DNA from: Macrostomum hystrix
Lineage: Eukaryota > Animalia > Platyhelminthes
Direction: 5' to 3'
Length of the DNA stretch: 64,000 bases
Assembly (NCBI GenBank): GCA_950097015.1
Contig: CATNEN010000024.1
Span: 3,596,001 to 3,660,000 of the forward strand
This document shows positions 1-13,945 of this stretch, piece by piece. The notes beneath the pieces are model-generated. The model searched no databases, was not told where the DNA came from, and saw only the letters and a program-made list of their open reading frames with translations. Position numbers and translations under genes: made by a program. Position 1 is the first letter of the stretch. Each line of letters begins with the position of its first letter.

Positions 1-113
1 GCAATGCATCTGCAAATCCTAAAATTTTACAATATTTAAAAAAGCAGCTAAGCTAACAAATGAGGCACATATTGAGGCTTTAGTGTCAAATTCCAAACAA
101 ACCCACACAATGG

Positions 114-3100
114 GTTGCTAATGATGTACATCTGATAGATTACAATTTGTGCAATCTAGACTGTTGCTAATGATGTACATCTGATAGATTACAAGTGGTG
201 CAATCTAGACTGTTGCTAATGATGTACATCTGATAGATTACAATTTGTGCAATCTAGACTGTTGCTAATGATGTACATCTGATAGATTGCGAAAGGGATT
301 GTTGCAAATGATGTACATCTGATAGATTACAATTGGTGCAATCTAGACTGTTGCTAATGATGTACATCTGATAGATTACAATTGGTGCAATCTAGACTGT
401 TGCTAATGATGTACATCTGATAGATTGCGAAAGGGATTGTTGCAAATGATGTACATCTGATAGATTACAATTGGTGCAATCTAGACTGTTGCTAATGATG
501 TACATCTGATAGATTGCGAAAGGGATTGCTGCTAATGATGTACATCTGATAGATTACAACTGGACTATTAGAAGTGGACTGTTGCTAATGATGTACATCT
601 GATAGATTACAAGTGGTGCAATCTAGACTGTTGCTAATGATGTACATCTGATAGATTACAATTGGTGCAATCTAGACTGTTGCTAATGATGTACATCTGA
701 TAGATTACAATTGGTGCAATCTAGACTGTTGGTAATGATGTACATCTGATAGATTACAATTTGTGCAATCTAGACTGTTGCTAATGATGTACATCTGATA
801 GATTACAATTGGTGCAATCTAGACTGTTGCTAATGATGTACATCTGATAGATTACAATTTGTGCAATCTAGACTGTTGCTAATGATGTACATCTGATAGA
901 TTACAATTTGTGCAATCTAGACTGTTGGTAATGATGTACATCTGATAGATTACAATTGGTGCAATCTAGACTGTTGCTAATGATGTACATCTGATAGATT
1001 ACAATTGGTGCAATCTAGACTGTTGCTAATGATGTACATCTGATAGATTGCGAAAGGGATTGCTGCTAATGATGTACATCTGATAGATTACAACTGGACT
1101 ATTAGAAGTGGACTGTTGCTAATGATGTACATCTGATAGATTACAAGTGGTGCAATCTAGACTGTTGCTAATGATGTACATCTGATAGATTACAATTGGT
1201 GCAATCTAGACTGTTGCTAATGATGTACATCTGATAGATTACAATTGGTGCAATCTAGACTGTTGCTAATGATGTACATCTGATAGATTACAAGTGGTGC
1301 AATCTAGACTGTTGCTAATGATGTACATCTGATAGATTACAATTGGTGCAATCAAGACTGTTGCTAATGATGTACATCTGATAGATTACAATTTGTGCAA
1401 TCTAGACTGTTGCTAATGATGTACATCTGATAGATTAAAATTTGTGCAATCTAGACTGTTGGTAATGATGTACATCTGATAGATTACAATTTGTGCAATC
1501 TAGACTGTTGCTAATGATGTACATCTGATAGATTAAAATTTGTGCAATCTAGACTGTTGGTAATGATGTACATCTGATAGATTACAATTGGTGCAATCTA
1601 GACTGTTGCTAATGATGTACATCTGATAGATTGCGAAAGGGATTGTTGCTAATGATGTACATCTGATAGATTACAAGTGGTGCAATTTAGACTGTTGCTA
1701 ATGATGTACATCTGATAGATTACAATTGGTGCAATCTAGACTGTTGCTAATGATGTACATCTGATAGATTACAATTGGTGCAATCTAGACTGTTGCTAAT
1801 GATGTACATCTGATAGATTGCGAAAGGGATTGCTGCTAATGATGTACATCTGATAGATTACAACTGGACTATTAGAAGTGGACTGTTGCTAATGATGTAC
1901 ATCTGATAGATTACAAGTGGTGCAATCTAGACTGTTGCTAATGATGTACATCTGATAGATTACAATTGGTGCAATCTAGACTGTTGCTAATGATGTACAT
2001 CTGATAGATTACAATTGGTGCAATCTAGACTGTTGCTAATGATGTACATCTGATAGATTACAAGTGGTGCAATCTAGACTGTTGCTAATGATGTACATCT
2101 GATAGATTACAATTGGTGCAATCAAGACTGTTGCTAATGATGTACATCTGATAGATTACAATTGGTGCAATCTAGACTGTTGCTAATGATGTACATCTGA
2201 TAGATTGCGAAAGGGATTGTTGCTAATGATGTACATCTGATAGATTACAATTGGTGCAATCTAGACTGTTGCTAATGATGTACATCTGATAGATTACAAT
2301 TCAATTGGTGCAATCTAGACTGTTGCTAATGATGTACATCTGATAGATTACAATTTGTGCAATCTAGACTGTTGCTAATGATGTACATCTGATAGATTAA
2401 AATTTGTGCAATCTAGACTGTTGGTAATGATGTACATCTGATAGATTACAATTTGTGCAATCTAGACTGTTGCTAATGATGTACATCTGATAGATTAAAA
2501 TTTGTGCAATCTAGACTGTTGGTAATGATGTACATCTGATAGATTACAATTTGTGCAATCTAGACTGTTGCTAATGATGTACATCTGATAGATTAAAATT
2601 TGTGCAATCTAGACTGTTGGTAATGATGTACATCTGATAGATTACAATTGGTGCAATCTAGACTGTTGCTAATGATGTACATCTGATAGATTGCGAAAGG
2701 GATTGTTGCTAATGATGTACATCTGATAGATTACAAGTGGTGCAATTTAGACTGTTGCTAATGATGTACATCTGATAGATTACAATTGGTGCAATCTAGA
2801 CTGTTGCTAATGATGTACATCTGATAGATTACAATTGGTGCAATCTAGACTGTTGCTAATGATGTACATCTGATAGATTGCGAAAGGGATTGCTGCTAAT
2901 GATGTACATCTGATAGATTACAACTGGACTATTAGAAGTGGACTGTTGCTAATGATGTACATCTGATAGATTACAAGTGGTGCAATCTAGACTGTTGCTA
3001 ATGATGTACATCTGATAGATTACAATTGGTGCAATCTAGACTGTTGCTAATGATGTACATCTGATAGATTACAATTGGTGCAATCTAGACTGTTGCTAAT

Positions 3101-3885
3101 GATGTACATCTGATAGATTACAAGTGGTGCAATCTAGACTGTTGCTAATGATGTACATCTGATAGATTACAATTGGTGCAATCAAGACTGTTGCTAATGA
3201 TGTACATCTGATAGATTACAATTGGTGCAATCTAGACTGTTGCTAATGATGTACATCTGATAGATTGCGAAAGGGATTGTTGCTAATGATGTACATCTGA
3301 TAGATTACAATTGGTGCAATCTAGACTGTTGCTAATGATGTACATCTGATAGATTACAATTCAATTGGTGCAATCTAGACTGTTGCTAATGATGTACATC
3401 TGATAGATTACAATTTGTGCAATCTAGACTGTTGCTAATGATGTACATCTGATAGATTAAAATTTGTGCAATCTAGACTGTTGGTAATGATGTACATCTG
3501 ATAGATTACAATTTGTGCAATCTAGACTGTTGCTAATGATGTACATCTGATAGATTAAAATTTGTGCAATCTAGACTGTTGGTAATGATGTACATCTGAT
3601 AGATTACAATTGGTGCAATCTAGACTGTTGCTAATGATGTACATCTGATAGATTGCGAAAGGGATTGCTGCTAATGATGTACATCTGATAGATTACAATT
3701 GGTGCAATCTAGACTGTTGCTAATGATGTACATCTGATAGATTACAATTGGTGCAATCTAGACTGTTGCTAATGATGTACATCTGATAGATTGCGAAAGG
3801 GATTGTTGCTAATGATGTACATCTGATAGATTACAAGTGGTGCAATTTAGACTGTTGCTAATGATGTACATCTGATAGATTACAA
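114..3885. repeat. Satellite with a constant 28-bp module plus variable modules (units of about 49, 40 and 53 bp) and higher-order structure
   Basis: The constant GTTGCTAATGATGTACATCTGATAGATT is followed by ACAATTGGTGCAATCTAGACT, GCGAAAGGGATT or ACAACTGGACTATTAGAAGTGGACT. Rare variants recur 1060 bp apart (2301/3361, 1821/2881). Confidence 0.97.
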
Positions 3886-4613
3886 CAACCGCTAAAACTA
3901 TTTTTAACTGCCTTATTGATAATTTTAGGCAATACATTGATGCTTTCGCGTAGACACAGTGTCAACTTTGCTCTAATATCAATATGTGCTCAGGATTTGG
4001 AAATTCACCACCCTGAATAATTAATAAACTTGTCTAAAGACTTTATCCGAAAATTGTTGTCCGTGTAGGCAAACTGACAAGACCCAAAAGTACAAAACAG
4101 CATTGGCTCAATAGGACAGTCTCGCAGTTGGACTGAAAATGGACATGAGTTGAGAACAAGAGTGCTCAAAGTCAAAGTGAGTGCCAGTCAGTGAGTTTAC
4201 TTCCGCAGTAGCAGCCGACCCCCATTTACACATTCTTTACACCTGAGCGACTCTGCTTCGCTAAATTGTAAGCCGCTTTTAAATTATTGCAGACGACAGT
4301 GGGTGGAAAGATTTTAAGAGTCATTACAACTCATTGCTAGCATGCTCAGTAACACCTGCAAATTGGCCATCGAACGTCCTGGGATCGAATTCACTCCGAG
4401 CACACCTTGATTTTTTGCTGAATCATTTAAAATCTGGGTGAGCTGAAGCACTAGGGAAAACTAGTTTCTTACTCAAGGAATTGCTCACGATTCTCTAGAT
4501 AATTAAGTCCGGTGCTCAAAAAATTGGCTACAATATCCCAATGTGTATTACGTGTTTAAGATCTTAGAAAATTTCAAATAGCTCAACTGCTTCCCTCTTC
4601 ACTATTGTGAGAG

Positions 4614-4865
4614 GGGGTGGTAGCCAAGTGGTTAGAGCGTCGGACTCACAAATTGAAGGTCGGGGGTTCGATTCTCGACTTCACTGTGTCCTATAGCGAG
4701 ACTCTTAACTCTTGATTAACATTAAATCTAAGTGGGTACCAGCATCAGCTGGTGTAATTGGGGGGTGGGTGTGGCGTACCCCCAGTCCATGGACTGAACA
4801 GCCCTTACACAGCCTTCAGATGCGCCCCCTGATAGCTGCGGCTGTGATATGGGCTGAAAATTTGT
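4614..4865 (+). mobile_element. tRNA-derived SINE, family B
   Basis: A box TAGCCAAGTGG and B box GGTTCGATTC. The body ...GGTGGGTGTGGCGT...AGTCCATGGACTGAA is shared with the copy at 44160-44424 and with fragments elsewhere. Confidence 0.8.
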
Positions 4866-5350
4866 TGATCGAACAACAAGTAGAAACGGAGATAGTAATA
4901 ACTAGCAATCATTCATTATTTAAACAAATTACAGCCCCGCCTAATACAGGAAATTGCTAGTCGGTCATACTTTGTAAAGAGCCAATCCAGTAGCCGAATT
5001 TGATCAACTGGGGTAGGCTGGACTAGGCCAAATAAGGGGACAGGGGACAGAGGACTCAAGTGCATCTTCCAATTAGGCTTAACGATGCTGCGCTGAGCTA
5101 GCAGGCATAATCTTTTGGTCGGTCACAATCTCAGAGGGCACAAGCTTTCACGGCTGGTTAAAGCAAAGAACATCGTATTTTTTAGCGAAAAGGTATGTCC
5201 GTACCTGCTGCATTAGTAAAATCACTGAGACTTTCAATAATTAATCAAAAAAATATCCCCTTTAAGGGATCCGAACTTTGGTTTTGGAGGCCTAGGGGAC
5301 GTTCTCTTGCACCAGAGTCCCGAGTTCGATTCCGCGCGTTTGGCTTTAAG

Positions 5351-5456
5351 ACCACTGGGATATTTCAAATACCCACTGCCTACTTCACGAAAGCTCCCAA
5401 ACCGAATGACCGATTTTCGTGAAACTCCACCATATGGATCAACATTTTTCGCCCTT
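5351..5456 (-). mobile_element. Dispersed repeat fragment, Helitron/Lep1(DINE-1)-like non-autonomous element
   Basis: CACGAAAATCGGTCATTCGGTTTGGGAGCT(T/G)TCGTGA core is shared with 45890-45965, 53580-53630 and partly 63435-63520. The family label is by resemblance only. Confidence 0.5.
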
Positions 5457-6232
5457 AACGCCGATGTTTTATGATTGTGGATGTTCTCTTGTAGGATAAT
5501 GCAGAAATTTGAGCCCGTGTTCTGAATACTGATAATACTGATACCCGTTATCCAAGGACACAAATCACTTCCTTCCGGTCCTTTCGATCAGAAGTCCAAT
5601 GTTGCAAAAGCAAGGGAAGCAAGCTACTAGGGTTTCTCTCTAATTCTGGAATATAATAAAAAACCTACACAGCAAACAGAAACAATTCTGCAACAAGGGC
5701 GAAAAAAATTGTGAAAACTCGCGCAGACAGAGTGATCTCTACAAAATTACTGCCTAATTAACGAGTGAAAGACTGAAACATGGCAGACAGAGGCCCACTG
5801 GACAGGTGGGAACCAACGAAACAATTATTAGCAACCTTCCTCTTGCTTGGAGGCCAAACGCAGACACACACACACCCTGGCCATTCCATTCGAATCGAAC
5901 ATGAAGCTGTCCGGACGATGGAAGCTTCAACTGACGCCTTGAAGCCGGCCCTACAAACTAAACCATCTCCCCATCCGGCTCTCTGTGCGCGTGCCTTGTA
6001 TTAATTAATGCAAAGCTTTGGCTAATCTCAGTTAGATATCGCATATGCATCTATCTGGTAGTGGGTAACACTGCGACTGCAGTTGGCAGCTGGGCTAGGA
6101 GGGTGTTGCTGAGGCTGGGGCAGGACCAACGGACTTTTAAAGTGAAACTATCAGTACTATTCATGCCGTTGTACTAAATGGCGCCTGACCATTGCGCACT
6201 AGTTCTGTGTATCCTCAAATACGTTTTTTGCA

Positions 6233-7027
6233 CTCAGTTCTGTTCTGACAGTAAAGACACAAGACAGCAGACAGTTCTGACAGTAGAGACACAAGACAGC
6301 AGACAGTTCTGACAGTAGAGACACAAGACAGCAGTCAGTTCTGACAGTAAAGACACAAGACAGCAGACAGTTCTGACAGTAGAGACACAAGACAGCAGTC
6401 AGTTCTGACAGTAAAGACACAAGACAGCAGTCAGTTCTGACAGTAAAGACACAAGACAGCAGTCAGTTCTGACAGTAAAGACACAAGACAGCAGTCAGTT
6501 CTAACAGTAAAGACACAAGACAGCAGTCAGTTCTGACAGTAAAGATACAAGACCGCAGTCAGTTCTGACAGTAAAGACACAAGACAGCAGTCAGTTCTAA
6601 CAGTAAAGACACAAGACAGCAGTCAGTTCTAACAGTAAAGACACAAGACAGCAGTCAGTTCTAACAGTAAAGACACAAGACCGCAGTCAGTTCTCACAGT
6701 AAAGACACAAGACAGCAGTCAGTTCTAACAGTAAAGACACAAGACAGCAGTCAGTTCTAACAGTAAAGACACAAGACGTAGTCAGTTCTGACAGTAAAGA
6801 CACAAGACCGCAGTCAGTTCTAACAGTAAAGACACAAGACAGCAGTCAGTTCTGACAGTAGAGACACAAGACTGCAGCCAGTTCGGACGGTAGAGACAAG
6901 CGCTCAGACAGTTCTGATGATTGAGACACAAGGCCGCAGACAGTTCTGATGATTGAGACACAAGGCCGCAGACAGTTCTGATGATTGAGACACAAGGCCG
7001 CAGACAGTTCTGATGATTGAGACACAA
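6233..7027. repeat. 32-bp minisatellite
   Basis: Unit CAGTTCTGACAGTAAAGACACAAGACAGCAGT, with a variant CAGTTCTGATGATTGAGACACAAGGCCGCAGA at the right end. Confidence 0.95.
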
Positions 7028-7607
7028 GTGCTCAGAGTCTAAAGTTCTAAGAGTCTAAAAGCATCTAAACTCCAAGCTGTGTTGATGTCAGCCTTTGTCA
7101 CGGCGCACACATGCATAGAAATCTCAGTTATACTCTCTCAACTGAAGCTCAACTCAAAGCTTTTCAATAACAATCCAACCAGATTATTCATGTCAAAATC
7201 CCAGAACTAACCTTCCTGTTCCAACTTTCCTGCACCCAGCTTGGCGCCGTGGATGGATAAATTGTTGGCGGCACCGACTTAAAAAAACACCTGGTGACCC
7301 GCAGTAGCAGCGGTGTGTAGCTTATACACAGTTAAGCCGGCAGTCCCTCTATCAGGTTAAGTGGAGGCATCTAGGAAGGAATCCGACCCTCACCCTCAGC
7401 ATGATCAATGGCCTACAATTGCTACAAGTGCAATATAGGAGCGACATAAATCAAAGCGGCTTCGGGTTCAGGCTGAAGCTAATGCCCTAACCAATATCCA
7501 GTTGCGAACCTCTTTATTTAAGTAGAATTTTTCGTGGAAAATTTTTCTGTGTGTTTTTAGCCGAAAAAGTGCGCATGTAGTCTGAAATTGATTATGAAAA
7601 TTTCATG

Positions 7608-8301
7608 AGTCCCGATTCACAGAATATCCCGATTCACAGAATCCTGATTCACAGAATCCCGATTCACGGAATCCCGATTCACAGATTCCCGATTCACAGA
7701 ATCCCGATTCACAGAATCCCGATTCACAGAATCCCGATTCACAGAATCCCGATTCACAGAATCCCGATTCACAGAATCCCGATTCACAGAATCCCGATTC
7801 ACAGAATCCCGATTCACAGAATCCCGATTCACAGAATCCCGATTCACAGAATCCCGATTCACAGAATCCCGATTCACAGAATCCCGATTCACAGAATATC
7901 CCGATTCACAGAATCCCGATTCACAGAATCCCGATTCACAGAATCCCGATTCACAGAATCCCGATTCACAGAATCCCGATTCACAGAATCCCGATTCACA
8001 GAATCCCGATTCACAGAATCCCGATTCACGGAATCCCGATTCACAGAATCCCGATTCACAGAATCCCGATTCACAGAATCCCGATTCACAGAATCCCGAT
8101 TCACAGAATCCCGATTCACAGAATCCCGATTCACAGAATCCCGATTCACAGAATCCCGATTCACAGAATCCCGATTCACAGAATCCCGATTCACAGAATC
8201 CCGATTCACAGAATCCCGATTCACAGAATCCCGATTCACAGAATCCCGATTCACAGAATCCCGATTCACAGAATCCCGATTCAGAGAATCCCGATTCACA
8301 G
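7608..8301. repeat. 15-bp minisatellite
   Basis: Unit ATCCCGATTCACAGA, about 46 copies with one 2-bp insertion near 7897. It explains the IHRIP/FTESR/SVNRD ORFs. Confidence 0.97.
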
Positions 8302-9184
8302 AAAATGTTGAATTTTCTCGGAAATGGATTTTTCGAAGATACTGCAGATTGAAAACAAATTCGGAAAACAGGAAAAACGACATTCGTATTGCTCAAATTA
8401 ATCCCTGTCAAGCAATTAAAAATGGTTGTTAAGAAAACCTGGCTAGCTCTCCATTATTAAGCCTCTCAAAAACGTTTCTTAACTGCACAATGAGACAGAC
8501 AGACAGCAGCTGAATTTAGATTCTGTAGCCTGTTGCTATGATAGGAGCTCAAGGACCGCGAGTGGGAAGTCTGGCCGATTGCACTTTCCTAATCCCAGGT
8601 TAATCCAGCAGGCGCTGCTTGGCCCTAGTGCCGTTAAGTTGCGAGTCTCTCATCTCATCCTTGAACCAGGCGAGCGCGGCTAATGACATTTATGCATGAC
8701 AACTAAGCGGCGGCTAAAATCCTATATTTGCCTTCGCCACACGCCAACTAGACAGAAGGCCCGCGCTGGCTCGATTCTTATTAACTGCATGGGATTCGCG
8801 ACCTACTCACTTTAATTCCCAACGGGCCTTGGCGGCGGGCTTAGAAGGGATAGAAGGGATCAGTTGAGGATCTGTTGAAATTGGAGCACGAGTCCGCATT
8901 CTCTCTATTGCAGTGCTGTCTGAAGGTCCTCATCAAGAATTTCAAAGCAGCAATGCGATGACACCTGGCGAAAGCACTCCACTTTTTCTGCGCCCCAGGA
9001 GGCCATTCTCATATTTTTCCAGAATAAATTATTTCTATTTATAAACCATTTTCATGGTTATAATTAGAAGCACACAAATTAATTAGGAATAATAAAGTAA
9101 TAAATCCAATAATAGTTTATAGACAACAAACAACTAATGAGTCCTATACTTATAGATCAAGAAAATGAAAAAATAATTCGTCTT

Positions 9185-9555
9185 ACTGGGGTTTCCCGCA
9201 TTAAAAATATAACAAAACTGAGCCTCAAACGAGTTTTGCCACAGTAGTTTCTAAAAATAGTAATAAACAAAACCTCAAACGGGGTTTCTAAATTGTTTTC
9301 TAGAAATAGTAATATAGTAACAGCTAAAACTCAAAGGGTTTTCCCAAAGCAGTTTCTAAAAATTTTATAAGCTACTAAGCTGCAAAGGGGTTCCCAAAAC
9401 ACATTCTAAAAATAGTAACAGCAAAGCTTCAAAGGGGTTTCCCAAACCAGATTCTAAAATAATAACAACAAAGCTTCAATGGGATTTCCCAACCCAGTTT
9501 CTAAAAAAGTAACAGCTTTGACTCAAAGGGGTTTTCAAAACCTGTTTCTAAAAAT
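9185..9555. repeat. Degenerate ~50-bp tandem repeat
   Basis: About 7 diverged copies of CTCAAAGGGGTTTCCCAAACCAGTTTCTAAAAATAGTAACAGCAAAG-like units. Confidence 0.75.
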
Positions 9556-10509
9556 AGGAGCAACTGAACTATTCCTAGGCCAAAATTTTATGATAGCTTC
9601 TTGACAAAGTTGAGCGCTTTCTACTTCGTAAGGTATGATAGATGAACTATAATTTTTTTAACACTTGCAGAACCTCATGCCAAATCAGAAATTACAAATC
9701 AGGGAAATAGAAATCCTACAATGAACGTTTCAGATTCGCGAAAAAAAACATTGACTAATCAATGTGATCTAGCTCCAATGCTTTTAACAGATTTTGTTAA
9801 GAAAAAAACATGGATACCAATGGATCACGCCTTGGTCGAATATTCGATGCTTTAAAATAATAAAATCTCCAGGTCACAGACTGGGTGGATTGTGATGACG
9901 GAGAGAGTGGGAGAGAGAGCTATCGAGGCCTGGAATAGGTCGAAATCCTAACAACGGCACAGCAGAAGATAAGCTTCCACAGAAGGTAACAAAAATGCCA
10001 AATCACGCACAGCTTTGATCCGCTCGAACAGATCTTAACGGTTGTGAATTCGAATGATAAGAAGCACACGCGGCCTTTTACGGAAACTGGGATTCTATGG
10101 ATTACGGATTATTTCCCGGGCCGGCTGACTCAAAGCAATAAAAAGGAAACTACTGACTAACTGATAATGAACTAGAAGGCCGGCTTTTGATTAAACATTA
10201 AATATTTCTTACTTCCATGTAGTGCGTGAAGATATGCCTGTGTTGACAAAAATATAATCGGAAATTCTTATAAACCCAGTTAGATCTTTGGATTTATAGT
10301 GTGTGTTATTTGGAACTCGTATGGATTACTTTGAATTAAGGTGGATTCCCGGGATTTCATAAAAGTTATTGGGATTTCAAAGGATTTTCTTGTCATTTGG
10401 AAAGGATTCATGGGATAAACATCCTGCGAAACGTTTTTTGTGAATCGATTTCACTACCATTATTGGTATTTCAAAAGGATTTTTACGACTTCATAACAAC
10501 TTTTGTAAC

Positions 10510-10940
10510 TTCACAATGACTCTTTGGGGTTTCACAAAGATTATTTGGGGTTTCACAAAGACTCTTTGGGGTTTCACAAAGACTCTTTGGGGTTTCACAA
10601 AGACTCTTTGGGGTTTCACAAAGATTATTTGGGGTTTCACAAAGACTCTTTGGGGTTTCACAAAGACTTTTTGGGGTCTCACAAAGACTTTTTGGGGTTT
10701 CACAAAGACTCTTTGGGGTTTCACAAAGATTATTTGGGGTTTCACAAAGACTTTTTGGGATTTCACAAAGACTCATCGGGGTTTCACAAAGACTCATCGG
10801 GATTTCACTAATATTTTTGGGGTTTCAAAAGGACTCGTTGAGGTTTCGAAAGGTTTTTTGGGGTCCACAATGATTTTTCGGGGTTTCATGATGATTCTTG
10901 GGAATTTTTTAAAGGTTTGGTGGGGTTTCACAAGGACTTT
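10510..10940. repeat. 21-bp minisatellite with degenerate edges
   Basis: Unit GACTCTTTGGGGTTTCACAAA. Confidence 0.93.
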
Positions 10941-11644
10941 TTGTATGCTTAAGAATTAGTCAGATATGAAAAGGACATCCACAGTTGATTAAAGTTTTTA
11001 GGAAAGAAAGTCAATCAGTATTCTTAACGTAGTCACCGTGTAAGCTCCTATCGAAAAGTACATGACCGATGCGGTACATCCAAATAGGCTGCCGTTAGAT
11101 ACTATTCTGGTAAGTTTTTTGTTTATAAAGTTATCATAATCATGTGATTCTGTACAATGCTGCATGCCAGACTGAGACTCGAAGATTCGGCAGCGATGGC
11201 TTTGGTAGCGGAATTGATACTGACTGTCAGAACTATTCCCGTTGCCATCAGAAATCAAGGCTAACTGTCTGACAAATCTTGCAATCTAAACTTGGACCCT
11301 TCTAGTCTAGCAGATCCTTTAAGACAGAGCTAGTTTATGTTTAAACATTTGATTGTACAAGGGAACTTTAAGCCTTTGCGGCTACAGCTGCGGACTTCTG
11401 ACTGGAAGGTCAGGAGTTCGAATCCCAGTTCAATGGATAAAAACTTGTGTCTCGGAGCAAAAAAGTTATAATTCCGGTAGTGCTTGTACTAGATGGGATT
11501 GTAAACAAAACTTAATCTGTTTGTACTTTAATTTGTTCACTGTAACGCACTTTTGGGACGTCATAAATGGTTGCGGCAACCACTATTGTGATGACGCGTT
11601 ACTGCATTCAGTACAATTTTTCAAAAATTTGTGTACGGTATCAT

Positions 11645-11735
11645 CGCAATGGACAGAATTGCCTCCTGGCTGGCTGTGGGTCGACTGTCACCAAATGTTG
11701 CGGCCAGTGCCCCACAGCCCTCCTGCAAATATAAT
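11645..11735 (+). mobile_element. 3' fragment of SINE family A
   Basis: CAGAATTGCCTCC...GTCACCAAATG...CAGCCCTCCTGCAA plus an AT tail matches 40965-41051. Confidence 0.75.
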
Positions 11736-12504
11736 TTAAAATATGAATATTGTGACGAATTCTCTTCGTTCGAATGAGAAATCTGACAATAAACCGGCTA
11801 ACAAGCGGGTTTGAACGCTGTCCTTTGCCTAATCCCCAGCCACCTGCCTTCCCCACCTCTGATACGCTCGCATACCTGACTCATTTTGTTCACACGCGAG
11901 AGCTAAAGAGAGATAGAGAGGGGGGAGAGTAGAGCGGGATGGGACAGGTCTCCGCAGGCGATCAAGTTGCTCCCACAGCGAGCTTGAATGACCAACTAAT
12001 CAATCAGTGAAGGCCGTCGAACTAAATCGCGCCACCTCATTATTTTGCTTCCTCCTCCGCCAAGGTATGAAGAAAGTGAGAAAGGCAGTGAGAAGGGGGG
12101 ACAGAGGGATGTGATTAATTCTGTCATTGCCGAGGCCGAGGGGGGTGAGCCCCGCTCAGCTCAGCTTTCGCCACGGTCGCCATAAAAATGGTTTACCAGG
12201 TGGAACAAACATAAAACGATAGAAAACTACAGACGGAACCAAGACCTAATTACAGGTGACAGTGAGCTGCGGATATTGGCGTTAATTATTTACTTTCGAC
12301 CTCAGCTACGTTTTTGTAGCAAACTACTCATGTTGCCCGCTTACGAGCTCATTTATGGTAGCTAAATCTAGCTAAAGTCTCAAATCGTTCATCTGGCCAA
12401 TCAGAAGTACTTACTTGCCTCTTAACTGAATACAACCGTCTAAATTTAACCCAACCAGGTCGAAACTAATTAGATGAGTTCCTGTGCCGATAGTACCTTT
12501 AGTT

Positions 12505-12858
12505 CCTGCTGCGATTCTGTCTATGAATCCTGCTGCGATTCTGTCTATGAATATTATTGCGATTCTGACCATATGAATCTTGCTGCGATTCTGTCTATGA
12601 GTCTTGCTGCGATTCTGTCTATGAATCTTGCTGCGATTCTGTCTATGAATTCTGCTGCGTTTCTGTCGATGAAGCTTGCTGCGATTCTGTCTATGAATCT
12701 TGCTGCGATTCTGTCTATGAGTCTTGCTGCGATTCTGTCTATGAATTCTGCTGCGTTTCTGTCGATGAAGCTTGCTGCGATTCTGTCTATGAATCCTGCT
12801 GCGATTCTGTCTATGAATCCTGCTGCGATTGTGTCTATGAGTCTTGCTGCGATTCTGT
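12505..12858. repeat. 24-bp minisatellite
   Basis: Unit GAATCTTGCTGCGATTCTGTCTAT. Confidence 0.93.
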
Positions 12859-13814
12859 TCACAAGCACAAATGCGCACACAAATATGCGGCTGTGAGAGT
12901 GGAGTGCTCATAATACCAAAATTCACTTAGCAACTGGCAGCATTGGCCTACGCCGCTCCATCGTCATACCAATCTCGCCTCATCTCTGCATCGCTAGCAG
13001 CTCGGACAACTGGGGACCACAGTCTAGTTCCTGCCGCGGTGCAGGAATGATTGAATTTTGTCCTGAGTAACCTGCTCCAAGCCTGTCATGCACTCACACA
13101 CACCCACCCCATCCCCCCCGAGCCACTGCCGCCAAGAGGTGGCCAAATTTTTTACTAGCATAACCTGATTATGCTGTCGCTGGCCAGGTTCCTTCATAGG
13201 CTGCTTCGGTCGCGTGAGCTCAAACTAAATGTTCATAGCACAAATGAACAACTTTCCTTCCTTGACTATAGAATTGATTGAGTATTTTATAAAAATTTAA
13301 GCAAATACTGTAGGCACCCAATGCCTAACGTGGGTCTGTTAGATTCAAGTCTGTGATTGAATGGGGCCTAGTTGTAACTGCAGCTGACATTCCCATTTTG
13401 AGAATGCTTCTCTAGTCGGTGTTTTTAGTTAAATTGCCGTTCAATCGGGGCTGCACTAACAGAGACCCCTCTCACAGATACAGCACGGGCCACTACAGAG
13501 AGGGAGAGCGCGCCGCATGAAAACGGGGTAGAAACGTTTTTCAATCCCAATATTAAATGCACATCGCCTATAAATCCTATTCCGCTTTTGCTCCTACTAT
13601 ATACAATGATGCGTACGCAGGCTAAGTCTGAGTGAGTATACTCAGTCAGGCGTCAACAGTCAACCGTGCTTAGCCAGCGAGTGCATAGCCCATACTCGTA
13701 TTTGGATCACTTTATGAATTTTGCATCACGACCTGTCGGCAACCAATACCGGCTGGTAGGAAATGACCCAAAAGTGATAAAAAAACTGCGGGCTTATGTA
13801 TTGGAGAGAAGCAT

Positions 13815-13945
13815 TGGACCTTTGTAGACTGTGTACAGCTGTTCAGTCCGTGGACTGGGAGATGCCGCTGCACACACAAAACATTTCTACCCCAGCTAAT
13901 ACTGGCACCCATGGGTGAACTCAAACACTCAGGAACTACGTGACT
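13815..13945 (-). mobile_element. Diverged SINE family B fragment
   Basis: GTACAGCTGTTCAGTCCGTGGACTGG...CCCCAGCT...GGCACCCAT resembles the reverse complement of the family B body. Confidence 0.5.

Noticed and set aside
114-3885. CRISPR array (constant palindromic repeat plus spacers)
   Set aside because: The spacers are only about three recurring types, there are no cas genes, and the context is eukaryotic.
4614-4690. Functional tRNA genes here and at 40690, 44424, 58452 and 11380
   Set aside because: A and B boxes are present, but there is no complete acceptor stem or cloverleaf and they continue into SINE bodies.
7270-7490. Twister-like ribozyme (GCCGG...GTCCC...AAGTGGAGG)
   Set aside because: It lacks the TAAC cleavage loop, the P2 partner and the AAGC pseudoknot; left as an unassigned possible TE fragment.
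7605-12926. Repeat-peptide ORFs (IHRIP, FTESR, LCETPKS, IDRIAA) as antifreeze or structural proteins
   Set aside because: Units of 15, 21 and 24 bp give open frames on both strands, and there is no splice or codon evidence.
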